From Monocercomonoides exilis PA203 (Eukaryota > Protista > Preaxostyla): a stretch of 64,000 nt of DNA. Each line of letters opens with the position of its first letter. Position 1 is the first letter of the stretch. The DNA lies in NCBI GenBank assembly GCA_001643675.2, contig LSRY02000027.1:806001-870000 (forward strand), written 5' to 3'. A program made the translations under genes and the position numbers. This document shows positions 10,001 to 23,600 of this stretch, piece by piece. The notes below the pieces were generated by a model. It ran no database searches. It saw nothing but the letters and a program-made list of their open reading frames with translations, and was not told where the DNA came from.

Positions 10001-13000
10001 GGTGGGCTGTACGTGAAACTGGGAGCCATGGATACCCACTACTCCATGATGAACGATAACTTCGGGCAGAACAAGGCATATCTGGGAAGAGATGTGTTCA
10101 TGGTGTGTCCTTCGCCCCGCAACATGATCGATATAGCGCATTGGGAAGGATCTGCAGTTGAAGGGCAGGATAGCAGCACGCTATGGACTGCAGACAGCGA
10201 TGTTTCGGCGCAGATCAGCGAAACTATTTTGAGGTTTCTATTTCCCCCCAAAACTGACATCGTGTTCGTGATGGCAGGAGGATCCAATGAAAGCGATTGT
10301 GGAGACGACCTAAAGCCATGTGGCGATCTGTATGAAGGCTTTAGAAAAATGGACGAGTCAAAAATGTTTCTGCACATCAACGATTCAGGCAGGATCAGCA
10401 AGAAAATGGAAAGAGATAATGCTCCCCTGACGTTGAGAGGCAGCCAAGCAGAAAGATCGATTCTTTATGTGGAGTCAGGTGGCTGTCTGTCTCAGACTCG
10501 CGGTGATTCTTCGACAAGCATGACTGTCACCGATCTGATCATAATGCTACCAACATCCAGTTCTGTTGATGCTGTGATAAGCGGGAGTGCAGGGAAAATA
10601 TTTATTACGAAGTGTGCAATCCAGCTGGCAGCAGGCACCACAAACGAGGAGTCGGCATGCACAACGATGTGGATTGCCAAAGGATGTGGCAGCAGCATCC
10701 GCTTCAACAATGTGTCTGTGCCAGGCATCGTCTTTTCAGGAAAAGGAGGAGTTGCTGTGGTAGATGGTGGAGAGCTGATCGTTTCTCACTTGACCGCTTT
10801 GGATGTGTCGGCACATGGCCAGGAGCATGGATTGATACAGGCAGTCAATGCAAAGAATGTGAAAGTCGAATATTCTGAAGTGGCTGTCTGCTCATCATCT
10901 GAAGGGCCATTTATTAGCATTACTGGGGTTCATGCAACAGAAATATCAGGGAACTGTTCCTTCAGATGCTGTAGCAATGGGGCTGAGAATGGAGAAGGCG
11001 GGTTTATGCTGTGCCAGCTGGATAACAAAGAATGCTTGAAAATGCGAAATACATCGATTTCTGAGTGCAGTGTGGATCAAAGCAGCGGAAAAGGAGGAGG
11101 CCTGCTATTAAGCTTGGGAAATAACTCAAACAGCAATTTTTCTCTGGAGAGCATTTCATTTGCCGGAAATAGCGGGAAGTATGGTCGAGATGTATTTGTT
11201 GTATGCAAAGCATTGAACGAGAGTATTGCTTCCAGTCGATTTGTGTCGATTGCTGGGGACAGAGAAAATGGGAAAGCCGATATGGCCGGAACAGATTCGG
11301 ACCTATTTCGCGGAAAAGTGGTGGATCTGGATTTGCTGTTGACGCAGTATTGCTCGAGCGAAATCTGTGTGTCTTCAGAAGGTTTGGATGTGCTGGGATG
11401 TGGAAAGAAGGAGATGGCGTGCCACACATTCTGGAGAGGCGTGCAGAATATGGAAAGAGATTCTCTTTTGAAAGTCTTGGAGATCAGAGACGAGACATGC
11501 TTGGCTGATTATCATAACCTCTCAACGTTTGTTTTGGAGCATGAGAAACAGGAATCGTCGATCGCTGAGCTTGCGAGGGTAATTGTAATGGATGGAGTTG
11601 AAGCAAACAGCAGGAAATGTGTCCTTCTGAACGAGTTGTCGCTGACCATCAGGAGGATAGAATTTGTCATTCCTCCGATTATTTCAGATGACATTAATGC
11701 ACTTCTGCTCAGCGAGGCGCCAGCTGAGATAATCACGATGGATGCGTGCTCATTTTCGACAGCAAGTGCCGAATCAGTTGGATACCATGTGCTTGAGACA
11801 AGATCAGGAAAAAGTGAGATCGTCAATACGACAATCATTAACATGGCTTTTGCGGTTTCTCCTTTCAACTTATTGGCAGATACCTATTTTGAGGGAGGTT
11901 TATATGAAAATGTCAGTTCTTCTAAGTGTAGTGCTGGCGGAGTTCAGATGGTTGTGTTGGATGCGCTTGATGAATTTGTCATGACGAACACAACAGGCAG
12001 AAACTGCAGCTGCTCGACGGCAAGCGGAAGAGGGGGTTTTTTGTATTTGGATTGTAACGAAAGCGCATCATCAACCCCATTTAGCTTGCATGGCGTCGAT
12101 TTTAGTGAAAACAACGCAAATGTTGGGAAGAATATGTTTCTTGTCTCGTCTGACTTGAATGCAACTGTGACCAATGCAAGCTTTGATTTTTTGTGGGGGC
12201 CAAGCAGCGCAGACGGCGAGCTGTATGTGGGGAAAGACATGGTGTTCGACGAATGCGACTTATTCAAGTTTCTTGTTGATTACCGTTCATCAACAATTCA
12301 TATATCTGATAAAGGTCATGATTTTGCTCGCTGTGGAAGCTCTGAGGAGCCTTGCTTGTCGTTATGGCAAGGAATCGCACACTGTGCTGGAGAGGTAGTT
12401 TCAAAAGCATTAATCATTGAAGGTTCGGCAGAAGTCAATGATTCATACAACATGACTAATTATGCGTTTTCCTCTGGTACAGACGATACAGAGGAACAGG
12501 AATATTCTTCTCTGATATTTGACAAAAAGAGTTCAAGAGAAGGCGAAACTTTTATAGAGAACTCAGGAGAATTGAAGTTTGGGCTGATAAAGTTTGTGCT
12601 AACGGAAGACTTTGATAATGAGATAAAAGCAGTGATAAATCATGCAAAGGGGAGACTTGAGCTGAGCAATTGCTTGTTGCAGTCGAGAAAGGAAAACGGA
12701 AATCACAGGCAAGGATTTGTTGCGGCAAAGCAGGGCTCGGTGAAAGTTCATTCCCTTTCAATAGAAAGCGTGAATATGATATATTCTGTCTTTACGATAA
12801 CATCAGGATGCGAGTGTGTGCTAAAGAGCCTTCAAATGCACTCGTGCAGCATCGAAAGCGGGAGCGTGCTGATGGAGATAGAAGAATCCGCCAGTCAAAA
12901 TGAAGAGAAGGAAACACACATCTCTTTGGACGAATCGTATTTTGCACTATGTGTTGCTCATCAAAACGGGCCGAGCATTATATGCTGCCGCGGAAGAAGC

Positions 13001-16000
13001 ACAACGACTCTTGCGATCAACAGCTCATGCTTTGATGGGTGTAAAGCTCTGAGCTCAGAGAAAGGAGGCGCTGTATTCTTTGAGTTGAACGAAAGGGGAT
13101 CGCTTGAGATGAAGCAGTCAAATGTGTCTCAGTGCGGATGCTCGCCCGAGACTGGAAAAGGAGGAGGCATTTATGTGAAATCGCAGCTGTTTGGGGAGCT
13201 GAACTTTATTTTTGACAAGTGCAAATTTTCCGGAAACAGCGGATGGAAAGGAAGAGACATATTTGTGGAGTGCATCGAGATCTCGAAGCAGGTGAACGAC
13301 ACTCAGTTCAAGATGGATTTGAGGGAAAACGAGTACAACAGGAGCAATGCTATCTTCGGGATCGATATTGCAAACGAAGCGCCTATTGATCTGTTTGACT
13401 TCATATCAACGCTGCTGCAAAGCACAATATTTGTCTCTTCTTCGGCAAGCAGGGGTGGTAATAATGGGCGGCAATGTGGCACTTTTTCTCGCCCATGCAA
13501 AAGTGTGAATTATGGGCTGGGCCATCTTGTTGCTGATTACGAATGCAGATTACTTGTGGATCTGGAAAGCGTGGTAGACGGGATGATGGAACTGTCAGAC
13601 ATGATACTGAAATCCTTGGCGCAATCCATTGCGCGTGTAAGGATTGAGATAGGAACGGCTCGGCAAGGAGATCCAGCAATCAGGATTGGCGGAAATGTGA
13701 TCGTTGAGAACATAGGATTTATCTTTGCAAGATCTCTTGTTTCTGGTTGTGATATCCTATTTCTTGTAGAAGATGCGGCTTTGTCGATGGAGTCGTGCGA
13801 AGTGTGCTCAAACAAGACTGAGGGTACAGCACATACAGTACCTTGCGCTCTTCGATGCACAGCAGGTTCAATAAAAATGGCAAAGTCTGCAATAACGAAA
13901 ATAAGAGGGATACGCCTGATTGAGCTGTTCAATTCGACAATGGAACTGAAAGAAGTTGACATCATAGATGCTGAAGCAAGCAAATGCTTCTTTGCTCTGG
14001 ACAGCTCGGACATTGTTCTGAAAGATGCAACACTTCGCGATCTGCGCATTGATGATGGCTCGGTTTTCTGTTCAAGCAGCAGCACTTTGGGGAATATTCT
14101 GTCAATGGGTATTTCAGTATTTCAGAACATTACTCGCCCATCGTTTGGAGCTTCATTAGCTGAACTTGAAAACGAAAAAACGAAAATAAGCATGGTGAAC
14201 TGCTCGGTTTACGAATGCACAATAGATGATGTTACAGGATCTTCAATCGAGAAGTGCGATCCAGCAAAAGTGTCGAATTTGAGAGTTGCACTTTTGCTGG
14301 GGCAAGAGATGAGATATCTCATGAATTACCAAAATTAGAGGGCATTTGCCAATGGAATGAATCGATGCTTGCGTTTTGGAAGTGCATAACCTTGATAAAA
14401 GACACAACAATATGCAACTCTTCGCGAGGGGGAGTGTATGTTTCCGACGGAGCAATGACAATTGAGAAGGGAGAATTCACGGAAAACAATCCACTCGTCA
14501 GTGGATATCCATCGATGCGTAGAAATGTTGCTTGCTCAGGCAGTGGAACAGTGAATGTGGTGAGCTTGAAAGGAGGAGATGGGGTGAAGGATAATTCATC
14601 GTTATGGATGTTGAATGAAGGGTGCAGTTTTGAAGGGATTGTTTCAGAAAGAGCATCATCATTTTTCATTCCTGTGCTAGAGTCTGTAGAAATAGAAGAA
14701 GCCGGAAACGAAATGAGGTTGGCATTTGCAGGGCTGCTTCTTCTTCCATGCAATCTATCATTCAAGGTTGTTAGCAGCATTGGTGATGAGGAGGCTATTG
14801 AAACGAAGATGTTCGACGAGGATGGGTTTGTTTCTGAGAAAGAAGTGGAGGGACTGATTGCAGCGAGCACAATCACAGGAGCCGGGGCAGAGGTGGAAGT
14901 GAAGACAGCAATCGAGTATTGGAGCTCTGGAAAGTGTGGGATAACTTCATGGTGGATCCTGAAAAATATCACAGAGCAAAGGAAAGAGTACGAAGTACAA
15001 ACTAACTTGGATAAAAAAGAGGGATCAATGTGGCCAGTTATTGTTGCTGTAATGTCAATAATACTTTTAATTGTCCTCATTGCATCCATTGCCGTTACAA
15101 TAAGATGGAGAAAGTCAAAAAGACGAACGGAGGAATTAGAAGAGATTGTGAATGATAACATCAGAAAGGATCCGAAGGCGTTTGAGATGGTGACGATGGA
15201 GATGTCGCCGGAGGAGCAGTGGAGGAGAGTGGCAGGGGATGTCGAGAAGAAGGACGATGAGAGGATAAAGAAGAGGGTGTATGAGAAAAGCTTGGGACAC
15301 TCGGAGTCATCTGAGCATTTGCTGAGTGAGAGCGGTTCCACAGAATATATTCTTGGAAAGGACTCAGACAACATTCCCGATTGGGTATTGGAGAAAGTTG
15401 AGGAAGAAGAAGAAGAGATAAGGAAGAGAACACCATCACCTTCCATCTCGTCCACTTCAACAACAGACACTTCAGACACAGAATCGACTTTTGTTCGGGG
15501 GGAGGATCTGTGCCCAACTACCTCATCGATGTCTAACTTGGTGGATGCAATGGCATGTTCTTCGCCTCATGAGAAGCTCATTGTGGATCTGAGGGATTCG
15601 CTGTTCATGTTGTTGCATGGAAGGAATGAAAAGAAGGAGATGGCGATTGGCACATTGAAGGAGAGAGAACAAACAGCTGCTCAAATCCTGTTCTGGGTGG
15701 CTAACCTTGCTCTCCACTCCTTTGATGAAATGGAAAATTCACTTCAATCATTAGCCAATTTGAGTCCCCACATTGTATTGTTCTCTGAACACATGGTCAT
15801 CTGCATTGTCATGCACTCAGACTTCTTGTCTGATGATGATTCAGACTCGTCTTCCATCTCCTCATCAACTGTTGTGACTTCTGCCAGCGATGATGATGAT
15901 GATGACTCTCTGCCCTCATCCGCCTTTGAGGATGAGGATGACTTCAAAAAGGAGTGCCTGAGATGGAAGGCACCAGAGCTGTTGATCAACAAGAAGATGG

Positions 16001-16356
16001 GAGCAACAAAGGAGTCAGTTGCCTTTTCGATTGGAATGATGCTGTGGGAGTGCTTGACGCTCCAGATCCCGTTCGGGGAGTATGAAGCAGAGGTGGCGGG
16101 ACAGAAGATTGTGAACGGAGAAAGACCAGATTTAAGAAAAGTGCTGGAATCTTCATACGCAGAGGTGCTGCATCACGCTTTTTCTCCTCAGCAAGGCAAC
16201 CGCCCAACGCTAATTGCAATGAAAAGGGAGTTTATTCAGCGTTTCCCAGCAGGCACTGTGATGCTCACAGTTTCAGATGCCATCGATTTCGAGAACGAAA
16301 GCGAAGGAGAGGGCAGCACTGCCATGGAATCAAGGTCCTTGTCGAGCAGCAGTTGA
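4041..16356 (+). CDS. Giant single-pass receptor-like protein, copy A (~4,100 aa): signal peptide, Cys/Gly-rich beta-helix (Pmp/pectin-lyase-like) ectodomain, TM, TKL-like pseudokinase C-lobe
   Basis: ORFs 4319..14338 and 14254..16356 are joined by a 2-bp insertion at ~14250 (ATCGAGAAGTG vs ATCGAAGTG in copy B). A hydrophobic exon starting at ATG 4041 (MFKALTLFMIISALHT) splices in frame via GT..CAG 4222-4271; donor 4204 is also in frame. GGAI/GGGxYV and FxxNxAxxGxDxFV repeats; TM WPVIVAVMSIILLIVLIASIAVTI-RWRK; RWKAPE..SIGMMLWE..PF..GERP. Confidence 0.85.
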
Positions 16357-18450
16357 TTTCTGGCATTTTTTCTGTTGAGCAGCAGTATATAATTGATGAA
16401 TTCTAAGAAGAGGAAATTGCCGGACTGTAATTTCTCGCTGCCGGCGTGAGCAAACAGAATATTTGTAACATAAATATCGGATTTTGGATGAATTAATGTT
16501 GCAGTAAAAAGGCCGCGAAAACATGTAAATTTCTGAGTCGGAAATAGGAAAGACTGACGAATAAAAATAAATGTGGTTGTTCATTTTGCTTGCCAATCAG
16601 AAGGGATTCCAATATGCTCCATTCAATCGATTTTTTGTTTCTTCTTTTTTGGATCATATCACTTCTCTCTCAAAGAGCGAGGCGTGCAACAAGCACACAA
16701 TCAAACAATTGTGCCAATTGGCAGATTTCTGATTCTTAGCCAATAAAAATCGTTCCGACTTGATGATATGCCTTATTTGCGAATAAACTAAAAAATATTT
16801 ATATTGTCATTTTATCTTTAAAAAAATAAAATAAAATAAATTCTGTATAGAAGTACCAATAAATAATGAATTTTACCATTGGATGTTGCTGACGTTGTTG
16901 GCATCTTAAATTTTGAGCTTCAAGCTGTGCCCTGCACAAATCCTTGGGGAAGTGGCATATTCAGCACGTCGAGTCAACCAATCTCCATATCAAAGTGCAT
17001 TGAAAAAATCATTTGAAATAGCAAATAAATTATAAAGTCATACTTCCACTGTTAAAGGCCTGTTTTGGTTTTTATTTGACTTTTTATAATTTGGAAAAAA
17101 TGTTTTCAAACCCAGTTGCGGCTTATCAGAAACTTAGAGTCGATTAAAAATAATAAAACGTATAAATCATTGCGGGTAAAAGTGCTGATTGTGGGATGAT
17201 TCATTGGCAATCTCATTAACAATCCTAACATAAATATTTTTATGGTTGCCTTTTTTATACCGAGCATTTTTGAAAAAATCACAGCAAAATTAATATATAT
17301 TTTTATTGGGAGAAAATTAAACTGAAGCACGAATAAGCATGATTTTGTGACGGCTTTTAACCTTTTCTGATTTTTTTTTTCTATTTAAAGAGATCTTGAG
17401 TATTTTCAATTAATATCCAACATTTTCTGCTTCTTTTCTTTTAAAAAACCATTTCACTTCTTCTGTTTGTTTTTATCATGCAGTCATGAAACAAACAAAA
17501 ATATCTTTCGTTTATTTTTATTTCAAAGAGTTGTGCTCTTTTCCATTTTATTGATTTTTGTGTGACAAAAACTAATTATTACTCAAAATTGTTGAACTTG
17601 TTATTTGAGATTATTAAACTAATAATTCAAAATTAATCAAATTGAGTATTTATTAACAAAACATTTTATGTGAAAAATTAGTTTTTGGCTGAATGCCGGA
17701 AAGTGCTGAAAATATTATATTCAGTCAATATTCGTTAAAACGATGAAAAATTGAACCTCTATTTTTAATAATTGTCAATAAACATAAAAATATTCACTTT
17801 TTCAGAAAATATCAACAAAGATGGAATCTGCGTATTTTCAAAATTATTTCTTTTTTGATTATTAATTAATAATCCAAGAAATATTTTAAAAGAAATTATT
17901 TTATAGAGGGAAGTTATACACCACAATTCAAAAACCTGAGTTTTATAGTATTTAACCACTTATTATTCATTTACAAGCCAGAATTTATATTAAAAACCTC
18001 CGGGCTTTTGAGAAAACTCTCTTTTGAATTATGGAAAAAATGAATTCTATTTAAGGGATGGATCTATTTTGATCACGTTGATGTCTCACTTTCCAGATCG
18101 CAAATCAAATATTTCTCAAAAAACGAAATTATTCCAAGATAATGAAGCAACATAGAATTGACTAATGAGATTTTAATAATTTGCAGCGAACAGAAGATGC
18201 CTTAAGTGTTTAAAAATTTTCTTCATAGAAGCTAGAGATAGTTGCAGGTATCATATGTGTTTCAGGCGTATAAAATACTGTTTATAATTGGAAATCACTT
18301 TTTTGTTATTTTCAAAAATACCTATCGAGAAAATTGTGATGATATTTTTGTGTTTCTGGATGAACAAAGAAATATATGGGTAATTCTTTTTGAAAAGTCG
18401 CAAATGTTTGAATTTCAAATAAATCAAAAATTTTACATTTTGCTCAAATT

Positions 18451-18544
18451 TCTGTTTCCACTCGCGAATCTTCTTAAGTTTGCTTGAAATAGAATTATCC
18501 AGAAATAGATATTTTTTCTGTGAAACTTGGTGTATGTCAACAAT
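18451..18544. other. Unique 94-bp spacer (loop) of the palindrome
   Basis: Arm complementarity ends at 18450/18545. Confidence 0.9.
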
Positions 18545-20647
18545 AATTTGAGCAAAATGTAAAATTTTTGATTTATTTGAAATTCAAACATTTGCGACTT
18601 TTCAAAAAGAATTACCCATATATTTCTTTGTTCATCCAGAGACACAAAAATATCATCACAATTTTCTCGATAGGTATTTTTGAAAATATCAAAAAAGTGA
18701 TTTCCAATTATAAACAGTATTTTATACGCCTGAAACACATATGATACCTGCAACTATCTCTAGCTTCAATGAATAAAATTTTTCAACACATAAGGCATCT
18801 TCTGTTCGCTATAAATGGTTAAAATCTCATTAGTCAATTCTATGTTGCTTCATTATCTTGGAATAATTTCGTTTTTTGAGAAATATTTGATTTGCGATCT
18901 GGAAAGTGAGACATCAACGTGATCAAAATAGATCCATCCCTTAAATAGAATTCATTTTTTCCATAATTCAAAAGAGAGTTTTCTCAAAAGCCCGGAGGTT
19001 TTTAATATAAATTCTGGCTTGTAAATGAATAATAAGTGGTTAAATACTATAAAACTCAGGTTTTTGAATTGTGGTGTATAACTTCCCTCTATAAAATAAT
19101 TTCTTTTAAAATATTTCTTGGATTATTAATTAATAATCAAAAAAGAAATAATTTTGAAAATACGCAGATTCCATCTTTGTTGATATTTTCTGAAAAAGTG
19201 AATATTTTTATGTTTATTGACAATTATTAAAAATAGAGGTTCAATTTTTCATCGTTTTAACGAATATTGACTGAATATAATATTTTCAGCACTTTCCGGC
19301 ATTCAGCCAAAAACTAATTTTTCACATAAAATGTTTTGTTAATAAATACTCAATTTGATTAATTTTGAATTATTAGTTTAATAATCTCAAATAACAAGTT
19401 CAACAATTTTGAGTAATAATTAGTTTTTGTCACACAAAAATCAATAAAATGGAAAAGAGCACAACTCTTTGAAATAAAAATAAACGAAAGATATTTTTGT
19501 TTGTTTCATGACTGCATGATAAAAAACAAACAGAAGAAGTGAAATGGTTTTTTTAAAAGAAAAAGAAGCAGAAAATGTTGGATATTAATTGAAAATACTC
19601 AAGATCTCTTTAAATAGAAAAAAAAAAATCAGAAAAGGTTAAAAGCCGTCACAAAATCATGCTTATTCGTGCTTCAGTTTAATTTTCTCCCAATAAAAAT
19701 ATATATTAATTTTGCTGTGATTTTTTTCAAAAAATGCTCGGTATAAAAAAAGGCAACCATAAAAATATTTATGTTAGGATTGTTAATGAGATTGCCAATG
19801 AATCATCCCACAATCAGCACTTTTACCCGCAATGATTTATACGTTTTATTATTTTTAATCGACTCTAAGTTTCTGATAAGCCGCAACTGGGTTTGAAAAC
19901 ATTTTTTTCCAAATTATAAAAAGTCAAATAAAAACCAAAACAGGCCTTTAACAGTGGAAGTATGACTTTATAATTTATTTGCTATTTCAAATGATTTTTT
20001 TCAATGCACTTTGATATGGAGATTGGTTGACTCGACGTGCTGAATATGCCACTTCCCCAAGGATTTGTGCAGGGCACAGCTTGAAGCTCAAAATTTAAGA
20101 TGCCAACAACGTCAGCAACATCCAATGGTAAAATTCATTATTTATTGGTACTTCTATACAGAATTTATTTTATTTTATTTTTTTAAAGATAAAATGACAA
20201 TATAAATATTTTTTAGTTTATTCGCAAATAAGGCATATCATCAAGTCGGAACGATTTTTATTGGCTAAGAATCAGAAATCTGCCAATTGGCACAATTGTT
20301 TGATTGTGTGCTTGTTGCACGCCTCGCTCTTTGAGAGAGAAGTGATATGATCCAAAAAAGAAGAAACAAAAAATCGATTGAATGGAGCATATTGGAATCC
20401 CTTCTGATTGGCAAGCAAAATGAACAACCACATTTATTTTTATTCGTCAGTCTTTCCTATTTCCGACTCAGAAATTTACATGTTTTCGCGGCCTTTTTAC
20501 TGCAACATTAATTCATCCAAAATCCGATATTTATGTTACAAATATTCTGTTTGCTCACGCCGGCAGCGAGAAATTACAGTCCGGCAATTTCCTCTTCTTA
20601 GAATTCATCAATTATATACTGCTGCTCAACAGAAAAAATGCCAGAAA

Positions 20648-23600
20648 TCAACTGCTGCTCGACAAGGACCTTGATTCCATGGCAGTGCTGCCCTCTCCTT
20701 CGCTTTCGTTCTCGAAATCGATGGCATCTGAAACTGTGAGCATCACAGTGCCTGCTGGGAAACGCTGAATAAACTCCCTTTTCATTGCAATTAGCGTTGG
20801 GCGGTTGCCTTGCTGAGGAGAAAAAAGCGTGATGCAGCACCTCTGCGTATGAAGATTCCAGCACTTTTCTTAAATCTGGTCTTTCTCCGTTCACAATCTT
20901 CTGTCCCGCCACCTCTGCTTCATACTCCCCGAACGGGATCTGGAGCGTCAAGCACTCCCACAGCATCATTCCAATCGAAAAGGCAACTGACTCCTTTGTT
21001 GCTCCCATCTTCTTGTTGATCAACAGCTCTGGTGCCTTCCATCTCAGGCACTCCTTTTTGAAGTCATCCTCATCCTCAAAGGCGGATGAGGGCAGAGAGT
21101 CATCATCATCATCATCGCTGGCAGAAGTCACAACAGTTGATGAGGAGATGGAAGACGAGTCTGAATCATCATCAGACAAGAAGTCTGAGTGCATGACAAT
21201 GCAGATGACCATGTGTTCAGAGAACAATACAATGTGGGGACTCAAATTGGCTAATGATTGAAGTGAATTTTCCATTTCATCAAAGGAGTGGAGAGCAAGG
21301 TTAGCCACCCAGAACAGGATTTGAGCAGCTGTTTGTTCTCTCTCCTTCAATGTGCCAATCGCCATCTCCTTCTTTTCATTCCTTCCATGCAACAACATGA
21401 ACAGCGAATCCCTCAGATCCACAATGAGCTTCTCATGAGGCGAAGAACATGCCATTGCATCCACCAAGTTAGACATCGATGAGGTAGTTGGGCACAGATC
21501 CTCCCCCGAACAAAAGTCGATTCTGTGTCTGAAGTGTCTGTTGTTGAAGTGGACGAGATGGAAGGTGATGGTGTTCTCTTCCTTATCTCTTCTTCTTCTT
21601 CCTCAACTTTCTCCAATACCCAATCGGGAATGTTGTCTGAGTCCTTTCCAAGAATATATTCTGTGGAACCGCTCTCACTCAGCAAATGCTCAGATGACTC
21701 CGAGTGTCCCAAGCTTTTCTCATACACCCTCTTCTTTATCCTCTCATCGTCCTTCTTCTCGACATCCCCTGCCACTCTCCTCCACTGCTCCTCCGGCGAC
21801 ATCTCCATCGTCACCATCTCAAACGCCTTCGGATCCTTTCTGATGTTATCATTCACAATCTCTTCTAATTCCTCCGTTCGTCTTTTTGACTTTCTCCATC
21901 TTATTGTAACGGCAATGGATGCAATGAGGACAATTAAAAGTATTATTGACATTACAGCAACAATAACTGGCCACATTGATCCCTCTTTTTTATCCAAGTT
22001 AGTTTGTACTTCGTACTCTTTCCTTTGCTCTGTGATATTTTTCAGGATCCACCATGAAGTTATCCCACACTTTCCAGAGCTCCAATACTCGATTGCTGTC
22101 TTCACTTCCACCTCTGCCCCGGCTCCTGTGATTGTGCTCGCTGCAATCAGTCCCTCCACTTCTTTCTCAGAAACAAACCCATCCTCGTCGAACATCTTCG
22201 TTTCAATAGCCTCCTCATCACCAATGCTGCTAACAACCTTGAATGATAGATTGCATGGAAGAAGAAGCAGCCCTGCAAATGCCAACCTCATTTCGTTTCC
22301 GGCTTCTTCTATTTCTACAGACTCTAGCACAGGAATGAAAAATGATGATGCTCTTTCTGAAACAATCCCTTCAAAACTGCACCCTTCATTCAACATCCAT
22401 AACGATGAATTATCCTTCACCCCATCTCCTCCTTTCAAGCTCACCACATTCACTGTTCCACTGCCTGAGCAAGCAACATTTCTACGCATCGATGGATATC
22501 CACTGACGAGTGGATTGTTTTCCGTGAATTCTCCCTTCTCAATTGTCATTGCTCCGTCGGAAACATACACTCCCCCTCGCGAAGAGTTGCATATTGTTGT
22601 GTCTTTTATCAAGGTTATGCACTTCCAAAACGCAAGCATCGATTCATTCCATTGGCAAATGCCCTCTAATTTTGGTAATTCATGAGATATCTCATCTCTT
22701 GCCCCAGCAAAAGTGCAACTCTCAAATTCGACACTTTTGCTGGATCGCACTTCGATTGAAGATCCTGTAACATCATCTATTGTGCATTCGTAAACCGAGC
22801 AGTTCACCATGCTTATTTTCGTTTTTTCGTTTTCAAGTTCAGCTAATGAAGCTCCAAACGATGGGCGAGTAATGTTCTGAAATACTGAAATACCCATTGA
22901 CAGAATATTCCCCAAAGTGCTGCTGCTTGAACAGAAAACCGAGCCATCATCAATGCGCAGATCGCGAAGTGTTGCATCTTTCAGAACAATGTCCGAGCTG
23001 TCCAGAGCAAAGAAGCATTTGCTTGCTTCAGCATCTATGATGTCAACTTCTTTCAGTTCCATTGTCGAATTGAACAGCTCAATCAGGCGTATCCCTCTTA
23101 TTTTCGTTATTGCAGACTTTGCCATTTTTATTGAACCTGCTGTGCATCGAAGAGCGCAAGGTACTGTATGTGCTGTACCCTCAGTCTTGTTTGAGCACAC
23201 TTCGCACGACTCCATCGACAAAGCCGCATCTTCTACAAGAAATAGGATATCACAACCAGAAACAAGAGATCTTGCAAAGATAAATCCTATGTTCTCAACG
23301 ATCACATTTCCGCCAATCCTGATTGCTGGATCTCCTTGCCGAGCCGTTCCTATCTCAATCCTTACACGCGCAATGGATTGCGCCAAGGATTTCAGTATCA
23401 TGTCTGACAGTTCCATCATCCCGTCTACCACGCTTTCCAGATCCACAAGTAATCTGCATTCGTAATCAGCAACAAGATGGCCCAGCCCATAATTCACACT
23501 TTTGCATGGGCGAGAAAAAGTGCCACATTGCCGCCCATTATTACCACCCCTGCTTGCCGAAGAAGAGACAAATATTGTGCTTTGCAGCAGCGTTGATATG

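Noticed and set aside
17765-19230. Short ORFs around the palindrome centre (17765-, 18242+, 18433-, 19036+)
   Set aside because: Non-ATG starts, AT-rich F/I/K/N composition and no motifs
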